From NCBI RefSeq assembly GCF_009914755.1, contig NC_060935.1: a stretch of DNA of 64,000 bases; one strand, written 5' to 3'. This stretch comes from the human T2T-CHM13v2.0 reference genome, Homo sapiens. A model generated the notes under the pieces. The model was not told the DNA's origin and did not search any database. It worked only from the letters and a program-made list of their open reading frames with translations. A program made the translations under genes and the position numbers. Shown one piece after another: positions 16,080 through 38,110 of the stretch (positions are counted from its first letter, which is position 1; the number at the start of each line of letters is the position of its first letter).

Positions 16080-16868
16080 GTGGTCTTGAAACGTAACTCA
16101 AACAGCTGTGATGAACTGCATGACACTACTATGTCAAAACTCCTTCCGTTCCTATCCACTTATTTATATAAGGTTCTCAGTGTCTATTAAAACTAAAAAC
16201 AATACAATATTGCTGAACATTGTCTCATTCTAACAATAGAAATATTCAATCATGTATGAATGAATTAATTGGGAGGGAAAGCAGCCCTATCCATCCACTA
16301 AAGCATTTCCAATATGATACTGTTATGTTTAGTAATTCTAAAAAATTATAATCATGTTCTCTTGATCAATTATATACTACTGATAATAATCATAATGAAA
16401 AGTCATTCTTAAATAATTTTTAGAAATTATAGAGCCTTAGAGTCCCAGGAAATAAAAAAAAATTTAAATATAAATTTGAACTTTTTTTGTAAAATGAGAC
16501 AAATTATAGGTGATTAATAAAATCCATTCAAGCAAAAATATTACATTAGGATAAAATTCTGTGGAAGAAGTAGAATAGAAAAATAGAGACACAAATTCAA
16601 AGAGAAGAATGAATAACCTAGTTTCTGTTAAAGAAGAACTTGTTCATAAATATCTAAAAGTGAATGAGATGGATGTCCCATATGGGTAAAAAACTGATAT
16701 TAGCTTTATTTTTAATTACAAATGTTTATATGATAAATTATACCCCTTGCAATTAATTACATTTATGGTGAAAATTTTTAAAGTTCAACCTAAAAATATC
16801 TGAGAAGACTCGTCATTTTTCAAAATTCTTTTTTGTTATCATTCAAGCATAAAAGTTTGAACAGATTG
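16080..16868 (+). mobile_element. Charlie-type hAT DNA transposon remnant
   Basis: From about 16110 it translates DELHDTTMSKLLPFLSTYLY, resembling the hAT C-terminal dimerisation motif (LPFPxTYLCExxFS); ends 'aaaagtttgaacagattg'. Confidence 0.55.
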
Positions 16869-17903
16869 TTCCAAAAACACTTCATTCTTGTTCCAATCTA
16901 CAAAACCAGCACTTCTAGACTTTAATTTTGTCTCACACCATTTTCCTAGTCACCTAAGAAGCAGTTTTGATTGCTCTTACTCTCTTACCTCACACTTCTA
17001 CTTAGTTACAAAATTATGTTTTCTTTCTCAGGTCTTCTTTCTCCCCTCTTCTCTGTTCCCACTCACTGCCCTAGTTTCAGTCTTCGTTATCTTACCCCAG
17101 TCCTACTTCAGTTCTCCGGTTTCTGCTTGCCACCACGACAACCATATCACACACTGTTGCCAGATAACTCTTACTGAAGTTCCGTCTGTCCTGGCAAACA
17201 ATGCATCCACCAACTCACTAACTGATAGAGTCTCAAACACTTGGCTACTTGTTCCCAGCCTGTTCCAATACTCATCTTGTTTCTATTTAACTCCTGACTC
17301 TTGGTTCACCTCCTCGTTAAGACCCTGCTTCCACCCTTTAGCCACCACCTGCTCCCTCAAGACCTTCAACTCCAATTTATTCCTAGGGCTCTTCCTAGAT
17401 TCAACTGAGATTCAGACTATCTCAGGCAAGATACTACATTCGAGTTCTTCCCTCAGAATCTAGTCACTATCTCTAGCCCACAGACCTCATCCAAGTCCAC
17501 TCACATAACGCTCCAAGGGTGAGAGGGACAAAAGAGAAAACTCACACAAGCACAGCAGCAATCATGGCACTTGAGTGCCTTTCAGTAGTAAGTCATTGCC
17601 AAATGAATCAAATGTAAACTCTTAGGGTCTAGAACAAAATAGCTCTAACCTTCCTTTTCAACATAATTTCCCACTACTCTCCTGTATGCCTTCTATGGTT
17701 ATAGAAAAAAAGGAACTACAAATTATTCTCTGAATATACTTCATATTTTTTCTATCTTTATGCCTTTGAAAAGTTATTTCTATCTAGAATTCTCTTACCT
17801 TCCTTACCCCGACTCCTACATGAATTTCTATTTTTACCCACTTTTTAAAAAGCCAGATCACATATTACCTCCACCCTTAAGTAATTTTTATAATCCCCTA
17901 AAG

Positions 17904-18090
17904 CAGGGGTTTCCAATCTTTTCGCTTCCCTGGGCCACACTGGAAGAAGAATTGTCTTAGGCCACACATAAAATACACTAACACTAATGACAGCTGAAGA
18001 GCAAAAAAAAAGAAAAATAATAATAATAAATCTCATAAAGTTTTAAGAAAGTTTACAAGTTTGTGCTGGGCTGTGGGTTGGATAAGCTTG
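17904..18090 (+). mobile_element. MER30 hAT MITE
   Basis: caggggtttccaatctttt...gggccacactggaagaagaattgtc...ggttggataagcttg; near 8-bp TSD (ccctaaag / cttaaaag). Confidence 0.85.
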
Positions 18091-18320
18091 CTTAAAAGAA
18101 TAATAGCTCTCTTCTTGGAAATTTAGTAGTAGTTGTTGTAGTACATTTACATCCTTGTTGATCTATCATTCTCTACCCGTGTTTTTGTTTTAAACCCTCT
18201 ACTAGGCTGTGGGCAACCTGTGGGCAGGGACCATGCCAGACTGATCCTTGTGTCCTCCAAAGCACATAGTAGCTATCCAATAAATATTTGTTGAATTATT
18301 GAGTATATACCAATAATTGA

Positions 18321-18669
<349 letters not shown>

Positions 18670-20879
18670 TCCTTAACATAATTTTTATAGAAGGCTTCAT
18701 TAGAGACTCAAAAATATATTCATATACATAAGATAATTCAGAATGTATGAATAACTACATATAGTAAAATAAAGGTAAGAGTTAACATATTTAGGATGAA
18801 AATATACAGAAGGAGAAAATAACAGCCAACAGTTAGGTATCAGAAAATTTCCATCCTCTTATATAGAGTATATATGTTAAAGCTAAAGGTCAAAAGCCAA
18901 TGATCAAAACCCGAATAACAATACATAAATTAATGAACAAAGGCCCTGTTCATACATTAGGAAAGACCGTTCTGAAATTAGTACCTACACCTTGATTACA
19001 AAGTGCTTTTGCAAGGTTGTGACTATAAAGCAAAGTACAGACTTACTTGTGGTAAATTAATTACTCAAGGAGAGGAACCGTTTTATTCATCTTTGTACCC
19101 CTCTAGTACCTGATGGATTAAATAAAATGATACTTGCAACAATCAATATAGACATTTGAGTGATTGATGTCCTATTTAAAATAAGCCACCTGGCAAGACT
19201 GATGCACTTTAACAATATTAATAATTTCTTTAAGAGCATACAACTCTTCTTTACTACCTATGGAATGAAGTTAAAATTGTAACCCTGGTTCAAGTCCACT
19301 CACGATTTTCTTTTTTTTCTTAGTCTCACAATTTTCTTTCCTTTTCTGGTCTCATTTCTCACTTCTTTCCTTCAAGCTTCTTATCTGCCAGTCAAATTAA
19401 ACTTTCTGACTTCATACTTGCTTGCCTCCATACCTCTGGTCATTTTGTAATTTCTTAAGTCATTTATCATTTTCTTCCTTGCGTTAAATCTTATACATAG
19501 GTTGTTTTCCTTACTAAATTGTAAGTTCCTTATGTCAGAGACCACGTCTTATGTGGCTTTAACTATATTTTATACCTAGCACCTAGTACCTGGTAGGGGC
19601 ACACGTGCGTGTACACACAATGTGTTGAAGGAATTAATGTTTGAATATCATTAAAGCTCAAACTACATTATGGCAAGACATAAAAGAAAAACTGACTTCC
19701 TTAATTTATAGCAGTGGCTTTTAAATATAAGTGGGCAGAAGAAATACCTGGGGAACTTGTTAAAAATGTAAATTCTTGGTGTTATTTGTCACCAGGAGAC
19801 TTGAAGGAATACCAAGGCAATTATCTAATAAGAAGCAATTAACTCCTGAACCACAGTTGACAGTAAAAGGAAACAAGGAAGAAATGAATGAAAGAAAAGA
19901 ACCGGCATACTCCGGCCATTAGAGTCAAACTCTTCCTTTGCAAGAAAGTCATTTATTGGGTATTTTTCCTTCCATCTAACCACTGACTTTTTAAATCAGG
20001 ATGACAATATGTATGTGTTTATTTGAAATTCCATTCCCTTAAATGTACAAGAGAAATAGTTATTTTTCTTAGAATACTTTTCAGATATTTACCACATTTC
20101 AAAATGCACAGTACATAGGCTAAACCATAGAAACTTTATAGAAAAATGTTACTATGTGTTAGGTATTACAAAAGGTAAGCTCTGGTTGTAAAGCAGCAGG
20201 GCGCTGAGAGAACTACATATTTTCTTTAGATTACTTCAAACAGGGGATATGAATCATAGAAAGTAAGACTTCAAGTGGTTAAGAAGAGTTTTGCCTTTCA
20301 GAAGTTTGTAAAATGCCAGTATTCTAAATTTCATCCACTGAATTCCTTAGGACAATCCAATATAGTATACAATATCTGTCACTTCTCTATCCATTTGGCA
20401 AAGACTTCATAGAGACAAATGTTACAGAGGCTCAAAAATGGAGACTACTAGAAAAATGACCAAAGCCAGAAATAAAGTATGTGCTAATTAGAAAACAAAT
20501 AATTAAATGGCCCAACCCGAATGTTGTGTGATGCTGAAAAGAGATAAATTTCTAAGGCACACCATCTGTTTTACAGTTTATTTTGCTGTACTACAAACCT
20601 ACTCAATATAGTTCTGCAGTGATCTAGCTGCTAACTCATTTGCACAATTACTTTAGGCCAGAAATAACTGTTGCACAGAATCCTTTGAGAGAGCAACACA
20701 TTCATGGAAGAGGGCAAACATAATTCATTCTTGGGTGAAGACTATTTTTAGCCCTTAAAGAAAAAAAAAGTTATTCAAAGAAATGATTAGAAATTGCCAA
20801 AGGAAAATTAGATAATTTAAAAGGAGAGTGATATCACTATATATTTATGTATCTAAATTTATCTGAGGTTCTTAATGTT

Positions 20880-21440
20880 TTAGTGCCTAAAGACATGTTG
20901 CTGGGACCTCTTCTCTCTATCTGTATTTTCTCCCTTATTTATCTTTTCAGCCCAGTGGCTTTAAGTGGTGTTTGTATACTCATGATTCTCAAATTTATAT
21001 CTTCATCTTAAATCTTTCCAGTTTCAAACTCATATATTCAATTATCTGTTTGATATCACCACTTGGATGCCACATAAGCATTGCAAACTGATCCTATCTA
21101 ATATAGAACCTTTGATTCACCATCCGTGTCCCAGAAATAAATCTATTTCTCCTACAGTCTTCCATATCTCAGTAAATGGCACCAACATCCAACCAGTTGT
21201 TAGAATAAAATCTAGATGTCACCCTTATTTCCTCTCTTAGCCTCATTCTTCATCGAATCCGTCATCAACTCCTATCAATTATACCTCTAAAATATATCTC
21301 ATGTTTTTCTCTTCATCGCTATTGCTACCACCCTATCCAAGTCACTATTATCTCTCAACAGTACTACTTCAACATCTATCTAATTCCCTATTTCCAAGCC
21401 ACTCCCCCCCACCCCAATAGTCAGAGTGATCTTTTAAGAA
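20880..21440. mobile_element. L2 LINE fragment
   Basis: Typical L2 motifs 'tgattctcaaatttatatc', 'ccacttggatg', 'ccatatctcagtaaatggcacc'. Confidence 0.65.
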
Positions 21441-21447
21441 TATTATC

Positions 21448-21777
<330 letters not shown>

Positions 21778-22871
21778 TTATATCATGTATCCCCAATACC
21801 TAACACAGTGTATAGCAAATAATAGATTTATAATTTTTAATAGATGAATACTCTCTAGTAATATTCCCATATATCTCTAATAATTTCTAATCTCAGTTCT
21901 CAGAAAAATTTCTGAGATACCTAAAGACCTATCCACTTACTGAATCATTCACTCATTCAGCAATTGTTTGAGTATTGTATTAATTGAAATTAGGTCCAGC
22001 TGCACACTATATCGTAAAGATGACAGAAGTCTGTTTCCCGTTCATATAAAAAATTCTGGAGGTAGGCAGTGAAGGATTCACATGGCAGCTCTGTGAGCTA
22101 CTATTATGGTTCCTTGCATCTTGTTGCTCTGCCATTTCCAGATTCCACTTTATAATCTAATATGGCTACTCAAACTCACACCTGCATCTACCAGGAAAGA
22201 GGAAGGACATGAGAAATGCCATATCAGATCCATTTAAGGACACTTCCCAGAAATTGCACCCACTTCGACTTGCATCTCACTGACCATCACGATAACTAGC
22301 AAAGAACACTGGGGAAGAGCCTTTTAACTGGACAGCAATGTTTCCAACTAACAGTCAGAATCCTTATTATTATAGAAGGAGAAGAATAAATACTGAGGGA
22401 TAAGCAGTAGCCTTTTCCAAAGTTCCTGCTGTGGCCAGGTAATGTTCGGGTGCAGGGATACGAAGATCAGTAAGACACAAGGTCTGTGCTTGAAGCATTA
22501 GTCTAATGGCAGAAAACAATATGTAAATAAATAAAATTCCAAACCAGGAGACTGCCACTGTTTGGAGATCATGGCTTTTCTGAGTCCCCAAAGATTTTCT
22601 ACACCCCAAGAGTTGAAAGAGAGGTGAGTGGTTCCAGTGTTTTACATCACTGAACTATACAGACTGTTTCAATTTTCCACAGCTATAATACTGGACATTT
22701 TTCAGCTCTGTTCTATTGGACATGATACTTTCATGACACTGAGCAAAGATCATTTAAACCTCTATAAATATATATAAACAACTGTGACAACAGTTCTAAC
22801 AGTTTGAAAATGCCCATTTTCAGAAATTTGTCAAGACTCAATGTTTTTTAATTTGACAGAAAATCAAACTA

Positions 22872-23090
<219 letters not shown>

Positions 23091-23477
23091 TTAACTACAA
23101 TTAATAGCATACATTTTACAATTTTTTAGGATTAGGTCAGTATAACAGGAAAGAAAGATGCCAAGTATACAATAAAAATCATCAGTATAAATGCCTAATA
23201 AATATAGTTTAAAGCCTAAAGTGAAGTTTTATTGCCTGGATTACCTAGTTTAATGGTCTATAGTAAACATTAGCTAGATGATCAGCAAATTTCCTCTTTA
23301 ACTTTTACTATGTATTTTCCGTTTTTGAAAGTTTTGATGATGAACAATCACAGTGAAGATATCGCTATTTCCACAAGTAAATAGTGTTCATTTCCACAAG
23401 TAAATTTAATGACTAAACAGAGATTTAAAACATTTTAACCACAGGCCAACTTTCTTATGTTACTTATATTAGCTTTA

Positions 23478-23711
<234 letters not shown>

Positions 23712-24076
23712 TCATATTTAAGGAAAGGATGGGAAGAGATGGGTACCTCCCTGGAAGTAAAAATGGAAACAACAGGGTTTTCCAAGATCAGTGCTAGGCT
23801 CTTATTTCAACATTGAGAGGAAGGATCTGGTAAAGGAAGTATGCAAGTATACACTGAAACCTCCAGATCAGCAAATGACCCAAAGCTCTTGCAGGTGGGG
23901 AAACACTAAGCTTAAATGGGGTTAAAATACGGGAAGGTGAGTGTAAGTGTACAATAATAGTGGTAGCTAATACAGGAGATACACTTTGGAGTGAGCAACA
24001 GGAAGGTAATACCTTAAGGAACATAATGCAAATTGACTCAACTGAAAAATACAATGAGTTATCAGGGTCTAACTAG

Positions 24077-24522
<446 letters not shown>

Positions 24523-27240
24523 TAAAACGGACACAACTCATCAAAAATTGTATATGAAATCAAAAGGGTCTGAATGTGGAAAAATCAGACAATAATTTGA
24601 CCCTTTGGCCTGAAAGGGTGAAAGCTAAGTGTACCTAATGACCAACATCAGTAAAACCATGAGCACTGTGTATAAAGTAAACATGGACTTGTTTTCACAT
24701 TCTTTAATACAGAAACAATGTACCTTTAGACTCTTAATAGAACATGGCAAGCCTGTAAAGCTATTACTTCAATAAGTGATCTAGGTCAAAACTACAAGAA
24801 CAAGCTTAAAAGCTGAGTTCAATTCTTCATAACACAATATCAACAAATGTCAGCCATCCTCATTACTGTCAACTCCAACATCTGAGGGCAATCCTATAGA
24901 TAACAACCAGATTTGTCCAATGACAACCAGACAGATGTAATTAGATTCATCACAGGGGCAACTCTGTGTCTATTCTTCAACTCTCAGGAATATATTTTTA
25001 TACTTCATTGATGAAAGAATAAAATGGCATAATTTCATTATACTTCCCAAACTGCTGGTCTACACTGTACATAAGTATAATAATCTCTACATCTTTTAAC
25101 AGTTACATTTTTACTAATTTTCTTTATTTAAAAATCTAACTCATGAACATTTTCTGAATAAGTCAAAATTTGATTTTTTCATAATAATGATGATGATTAT
25201 GATGACTTTTGTGGGGGGAAAAGTTGCTTTCATCCTAGTGGTTTATCAAACTAGACCAGACAATAGAGCTTTTTCATTTACCAATAGGTTCTTACTAAGT
25301 ATTTATCAGTATCATATTGTTCTGCAAACTCTTATTTTAATACTTTTTATCTCTCTAGCTCATTCTGATTTCCTCTCTCTCATCCTATTCACCTTGCTAT
25401 TGTTTAGTTTTAAAATGCAATTTAAAAAGCTATGGAAAACAAAATAGCCAGAAAAATGGCCTTCTGGACAATTACTATCTATTAAAACAGTGCAGGCCAG
25501 CAAAGGCCTAGTTCATTGAGCCTGTTATCAACCAGTGATATGCACATCCACCAATTTCTTAGCTGCCTCTGCATTGCCTGACTAGCATGCAACTATAGCT
25601 TAAGGGCTACATCTTAAAAAATTCACTTTTTTTTCTGTTCTTTGCAATTTTATTTACATAAAAATGTATCTAATGGTTGGTCAATCAGCAGCATACAAAA
25701 TTTTATGACAGCAATTTCCTGCACATCCAGAAAAGGGAATCCAAGACACGAAAAATATCTCTTAAAGTCTTCCTACTATTTTGTTGCATTCATAGAAATC
25801 AAAACAGCAGAGGACAAAAACTACAAAGAATATTTACTTATGCTAACTTCACCTTGAGAAAGTATGTTATCACCATCTGATTAAATAGAAATGAATCAAA
25901 GGTAACGGATAAACAAGAAAATAAACCCCCTGGAGAAGGTAATATGTTTGTGCTCTTGATTAAGGAAATTATAACACCATTGGGCTCAGACAGATTAATG
26001 AATAGGCACTGATTAGCTAAGTAAGAGTCTACTGTAAAGAGAAGACAACATTATTATGGTGATATGCAGTCACACTCTGAAGCAGAAAAATTAAAATTAT
26101 ATTTCTAAGAAAGAGAAAGATATTTAAGATATAATACATTCACTTTCCTTAACACCAAGTTCAAACTAAGAAGGCAGCAAACACTACATGAATTGCATAA
26201 TATTAGATTATATATAGGATGTTTGACTCATGGTTTCTAGAAAGTCTTCAGAGTATAAAAGACTAATTTAAAAGTTATATTTGAATTAAAGACTAAGGCT
26301 CAGAATTTTTGCACTATGATTTTAATCAGCACAAAACGATGATCAAAAACTTTTTGAATACTTTTATACTTTATGTAATCTAAGCAACGATGTGTGTTGA
26401 CCAGCTGAGTTACAGCTACAATCACATCATCCAATTTCTACTGCCTGTATATTCCATTTCACACAACTGTGAAAATGTAACTACTGTGATGTCAATATTT
26501 AGAAATGATCTGGAAGAGGCAGTGCATAGTGAAATCTTCAATATGACCATAAAACTAATGTTGCATCAACATAAAAATGTTCACATTCAGCAAGAGGCAG
26601 AACAATGGTCACTAACTTTTCAGAACACCTCTTAGAAAATTCACTTTAATTCAATTTAACAAACATATTGAGCACTGAATGTATGTCTATTATACCAGAT
26701 ACCAGGAATGCAAAGATGAATAATCTAAGGTCTCTGTCCTCCATGGAATTTAGAACAAGGAAAACAGATACAATATATATAATATTATAATATGGTTTTT
26801 AAAAGCTTTATGAGAATACATAAAAGGGAACAATGAATTCTATTGGATTTACACATGTGTAAACCTTCCTGGTTAAATGTTCCTATTTTATTATTTTTTC
26901 TTTCAACATTACTGTTTTGCATGATACCTTAAAATCTTTTGTGGAGCATGAGAAAGTATATACCTAATAAATGTAGGAACTCTGCTATGGTGGGGTAAAG
27001 TAGGAGTAGAGAAATAGAAGGCCTTAATGTTTGAGCTGGGTCCACCCAGGAGAGAATCTTACAGAGAAAAAGAATACACACATACCCATACACACCCCAG
27101 AGGCATATGACACAGGGTGTGTCCGAGTATTGAAATGTGACCTGGAATCATTATAGCACAGTGTAGGTGCACAGGAATACATATCCAGCCCCAAACTGGA
27201 AAGGCATTCTGGAATCAGGTCATGAAAGACCTGCTCTGCT

Positions 27241-27330
27241 ATGCCATGCCATGCCATGCCAAGATGCTCTGACACTTCTCCGTATACAAATACATATATA
27301 TATGTATTAGATTACATATATATTATATTA

Positions 27331-27376
<46 letters not shown>

Positions 27377-27403
27377 GCTTTTATATATATATCAGAGGAT
27401 TTT
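27241..27403. repeat. (ATGCC)4, (TA)n microsatellite and a short tandem duplication, within an L2-like region
   Basis: atgcc x4 at 27241-27260; pure TA run about 27335-27370; 'tatatatatatcagagg.tttt' repeated twice. Confidence 0.9.
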
Positions 27404-28161
27404 AATCAGGAAAGCAGTATGATCAGATTTGTGATTTGAAAGGACACCCCTGGCAGCAACGTGAAGGACAAACATGGGGAGGGTGACCAGAAGTAGGGAG
27501 AACAGTCAGAAAGACCCTGCAATAGTCTAGAAAAGGAATCATAAGGAGAAAAGATACAGGTGAAGAGAAATCAAAGAATAGGTAAGGATATTTCAAAGGA
27601 AAAATGAGCAGGACATGGAGTTTGACTGAATCTTGAGAATGACAGAGAAGGAAGAACAAGAATGACTGAAAGCTCCAGCAGCACAACATCATTATGGGAA
27701 CTGGGAACTGTAGAATACTCCCTAGATCCTAAGTGACCCTCTGCCTAGTTAGTGCCCACTCCCACCTATGCTCTGCCTGTATGGGTAGAACAAGTGCCAG
27801 GCCACAGTACCTCCCTACACCTGATAAGCTATAAGTGAACCTCATGAGAAAACACAAAGAAGCTTTTGGTTTGTAGCAAAGGATACGGAAGGTGTTAAGA
27901 TTTTTCATTTTGCTCAGATCATATTGTTGTATTTATAGATCAATGAAAACCAAAGCTGAAAGTTATAAATTTACAGTATTAAAAAATACCTCAGGGATGT
28001 ATGTATACCTGACAACTAATAAGAGAGCTTTTAGAATGATCTCCCAATTGGTTTTTAAATCACTTTTTAAAAATATATATTAGTTTTAATTTAAAGTCTA
28101 TATCACTCTACTGTTAGAAACTATCCACTCATCTTAAAGTGTACATTTAGCAGGCTACTTA

Positions 28162-28266
<105 letters not shown>

Positions 28267-28815
28267 TTAATAATACAATAAATGTCTTTTAAATGCTTAA
28301 ACACAAGCATGAAAAATGTGCTGATGTGCTGTAATTTATTCCCCCATAGGGAAAAGAGAACCAACAGCAGATCTTAAATGAATAATGCACAGGCCTTAAC
28401 AATTGATGTCACTGTAACCTCACTCCTATCATTTAGCTTCTAATGGAACAATGGTGTAAACTGTATAACTAAATGCACTACCCTTTATTTCTTTAAATTG
28501 TTAAGAAATGATTTTGCAAAGATTCTGTAGTTATAGTAGAAGACAACAATATCCCAGCCCTTTCCACAAAATAGAATTAAATATATGCCTTAAGTAGATG
28601 TAACATAATGCAGGCCCAATATGTGGAAATCTGGATTCACAGAAAAACTAAGGTACATGGTTATAAATCACTTTAGTAAAATAATAATAGCATCACTCCT
28701 ATAACAGAATATGAACTATTTTCTGCATTTTCAAATAAGAAAGCCAAGACAAAGAGAGAGCTCCTATAAAACTGGATCAAAAAGCCAACTAGTCACAGGA
28801 CATAGACTATACTAA

Positions 28816-29141
<326 letters not shown>

Positions 29142-29513
29142 GGCTGCCTTTTTAAAAAGTCACAAATGACACTGCAGGAACATGTCTATTGTACCTCTAT
29201 AGCTATGAATCAGATATATTTAAGAAAAAATAAAAAGAAAATAGTTATAAGCAGAAAAATACAATATATGTATATATTTCAATAGAACTTTAAAATTTAT
29301 ACTTTTGCATAAATTGTTATTTGTATGAAGTATGTTAAGAATTCTGTGAGATAGATACGTAAGCATTTGACTCCCTTTGCCAATGAGGAAACTAAGTTTC
29401 ACATATATTAAGTGACTTGCCTAATGTTACACAGCTGCAGAGTGCCTCCTATGCAAAAGGTGCGTTTTTATTTTAGAAAAGTTTCAATCTCTCCCACCTA
29501 CACATACCTACAC

Positions 29514-29514
<1 letters not shown>

Positions 29515-29547
<33 letters not shown>
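29515..29547. repeat. (CA)n microsatellite
   Basis: Direct observation. Confidence 0.95.
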
Positions 29548-29549
<2 letters not shown>

Positions 29550-30189
29550 TTATAACTACTAAAAGCAAATGGAATTTCATTTCCTCCTTTTTCCTCTGCC
29601 TAGTGTTAAAGAGATGAAAGGCAACAAAAAGGGGTCAAAAGATTAAACAGAAGAAAGAATGTACAGATTACTAACACTGAGCAATCTGTCTCCAAATGAT
29701 TGAAAATTAACTAATATTTCCCTTTAAGCCATTATTTGTATTTGTTAACTCTACTTAAAATCTTTAAATATGGAATTTTTAAAGTTCCAGTTGCTCTATG
29801 GCCACATGTCTATGACAAGGGCAAATTCTGTGACTAGATTCAGTGAACGATTTCCACACTGGTGCAGCACACAGCAGGGGACAGGAAATCCTGGTCCTCG
29901 CTCTTTCAGAGTCATCTTAATTATCAGGGGCATTTCGATTTGCACTGTCATCCCAGCCCTCATAGGGATGCAGAGGCCAGAGTAACTGCCAAGAAGCCAT
30001 TTAGGAAGTCAGCAAAGCTCCACAAACCATCTGTCTTCTCTCTTGTTCTCACTTGTTATCAGTGTAGACAACTAATAAGGAGGCATTAAACTCAGGGTGC
30101 TTGAATATATTTTCCCCATGTAACTACAGACCAGATGTCTTTTGCCAACAGGGGGATATGAACAGAATCTAAAGTAGCCTTTTCCCAAA

Positions 30190-32344
30190 TAAGATAAAAC
30201 AATTTCAAAACTTTATGCATCTAGCAGACAAAAAAAGCAACGAATTACGTATACTCTTCAGCAATAAAAATGAATAAACTACTGATACAACATGGATAAG
30301 TCTCAAAATCATGATGTAAGACAAAAGAAGAAGACAGACACAGAAGAGTATGTACTGTATGATTCAATTTATATAAACTTCTAGATATGCAAAACTGAGC
30401 TGTGGTGATAGAAATCATCAGTGGTTATGGGTGGGGGATTGACTGAAAGGGACACAAAGGAACTTTCTGGGGTGACAGAAATGTTCTATGACTTGAACAT
30501 AATGGGGTAGTGATTACACAAGTGTATGCATTTGTCAAAACTTAAAATGTGTACATCCTATTGCAAGTAAACTATATTCCTAAAAAGCAGATTTTAAAAA
30601 ATCTACTAAAAGTACAAAAACAATGTGTCAAAGACCTTTCTTGGTTAATGACTCTCTTAGAGATCAACAGAAGTGGCAAGCAAAAATACACCAACAATAT
30701 GGAAGATCTGAATCACAAAAATATCACATTTCATTTAATAAGCACACACAGAAATTTTTATGCTCAACAAACCAGGTATACATACATATTTTTAAAATAT
30801 CCAACGCATCATTTGCAAAAGCTGATCATGTGTTCAGTCACAAAGAAAATTCCTAAAAGTTGAAAACCTTTAAGATGCAATCACCTACCACAATAAAGAA
30901 AACCAGACAGATAAACCAAAAGGCTAGGACAACTAACATGCATTCCATGCATTTCAAACACATCTCAACCACCTGGAAAAATTCTAAAAACACTTATAAA
31001 TAATTTTTCTATTAAACAAGACTAAAATTAAAATTAAAGTATATCAAGAGATTAATCACAATTAGAACACCGTATGGCAAAAAAAAAAAGTCAAGGTACT
31101 CAGAGGAAAATATACAGCCTCCAATGCATTTCATAGAAAATAAGCCTGATAATAAATATGTATTCAACTTAGGAAGTTATAATAAAAAACAAACCACTAG
31201 CCACAGTGGCTCATACCTATAATCCCAGCACTTTGGGAGGCCAAAACAGGAGGATCGCTTGAACCCAGGAGTTTGAGATCAGCCGGGGCATGAGATCTCA
31301 TCTCTACTAAAAATTAAACAGAAAAAAGTTATCTGGGAATGATGGCACATGCCTGTGCTCCTTGCTCCTGGCTCCTGGGGAGGCTGAGGTGGGAGGAACG
31401 TTTGAGCCTAGGAGGCTGAGGCTGCAGTAAGCTGTGACTGCACCACTGCACTCCAGCCTAAGCAACAGAGGGAGGCCCTGTTCCAAAAAAATAAAATAAA
31501 ATTAACAAACAAACCAAAATAAAGAACAAAGAAGGAATTCAGAAAAATAAAAGCAGAAATTAATGAAAAAGCAAACCAAATAACAATTAGATATGAGCTG
31601 GTTCTTGAAAAGCCCATTGGGAGCTTTATTTATTATTTATTAACTGTCCTAACCACTAACAAATTTGATCTAGATAAAATTATTAGTATTACAAAGAGCT
31701 AAAATTCAGGCCTAAGTGCTAGACACTGCTAAGCACTTTATATATTTTTTCTCATTTAATTCTCATGTCAACCTGATAAAAAAAAACTATTGTCTTCTAA
31801 ACACTTCCTATCACCCTTCCTTTTTTTTGTACTCAGCACTTTGCTCTAAAACATCAGATTTATAAAAATCTTGTTTAATGTTTGTGCCACAAGCATGTTA
31901 AGTTCCATGAAGGCAAAACATTTTTATGTTTTGTTCACTGTTGTATTTTTAATACCTAGAACAATGTCTGACACTAAGTAGGTCCTCAAAAAATTTTTTA
32001 GAAATGAGTGACATAATTCCTATTATACATATAGAAACTGTGATAAGAGCAGATAATAAGTGCATATTGAATTTATAGGAGAATATAACCACAGGTACAC
32101 AGGAGAATATGAAAATAATAAGTAAACATAATATGCATATTTATGTCAATGAAACTGAAGTCTCAATAAAAGAAACAATTTTCTAGAAAAACATAAATTA
32201 TCAAAATGATTCAAGAAAATGCAGAAAACTTGGATAATTTAGTATAAATTGAAAAAATAATAGAAACTTTATCCCCAAAAAAGCAGCAGAACCAAAAAAT
32301 TTAAGAGGAAATTTCAAACTATTATTAGATAATTTTTATTATCT
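30190..32344 (+). mobile_element. Old L1M fragments, with an AluJ at about 31197-31500 and MIR/L2 pieces
   Basis: L1MC/ME 3' UTR motifs ('tactgtatgattcaatttatataa', 'ggaactttctggggtgacag') and A-rich ORF2 remnants. Boundaries approximate. Confidence 0.6.
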
Positions 32345-32354
32345 AAAAGGTTCA

Positions 32355-38045
<5,691 letters not shown>

Positions 38046-38110
38046 GTTCATGATCATAATAAAAAAAGTTCATGATTTTTATTATTTTTTCAATAACAAA
38101 AAAAAGTTCA

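Noticed and set aside
16888-17463. 191-aa Ser/Leu/Phe-rich ORF
   Set aside because: Non-ATG start, pyrimidine-rich low-complexity composition and no recognisable domain; likely a decayed repeat.
29780-30180. Non-repetitive-looking, moderately GC-richer intronic stretch as a possible enhancer (similarly 25440-25620)
   Set aside because: Cannot be supported without conservation or chromatin data.
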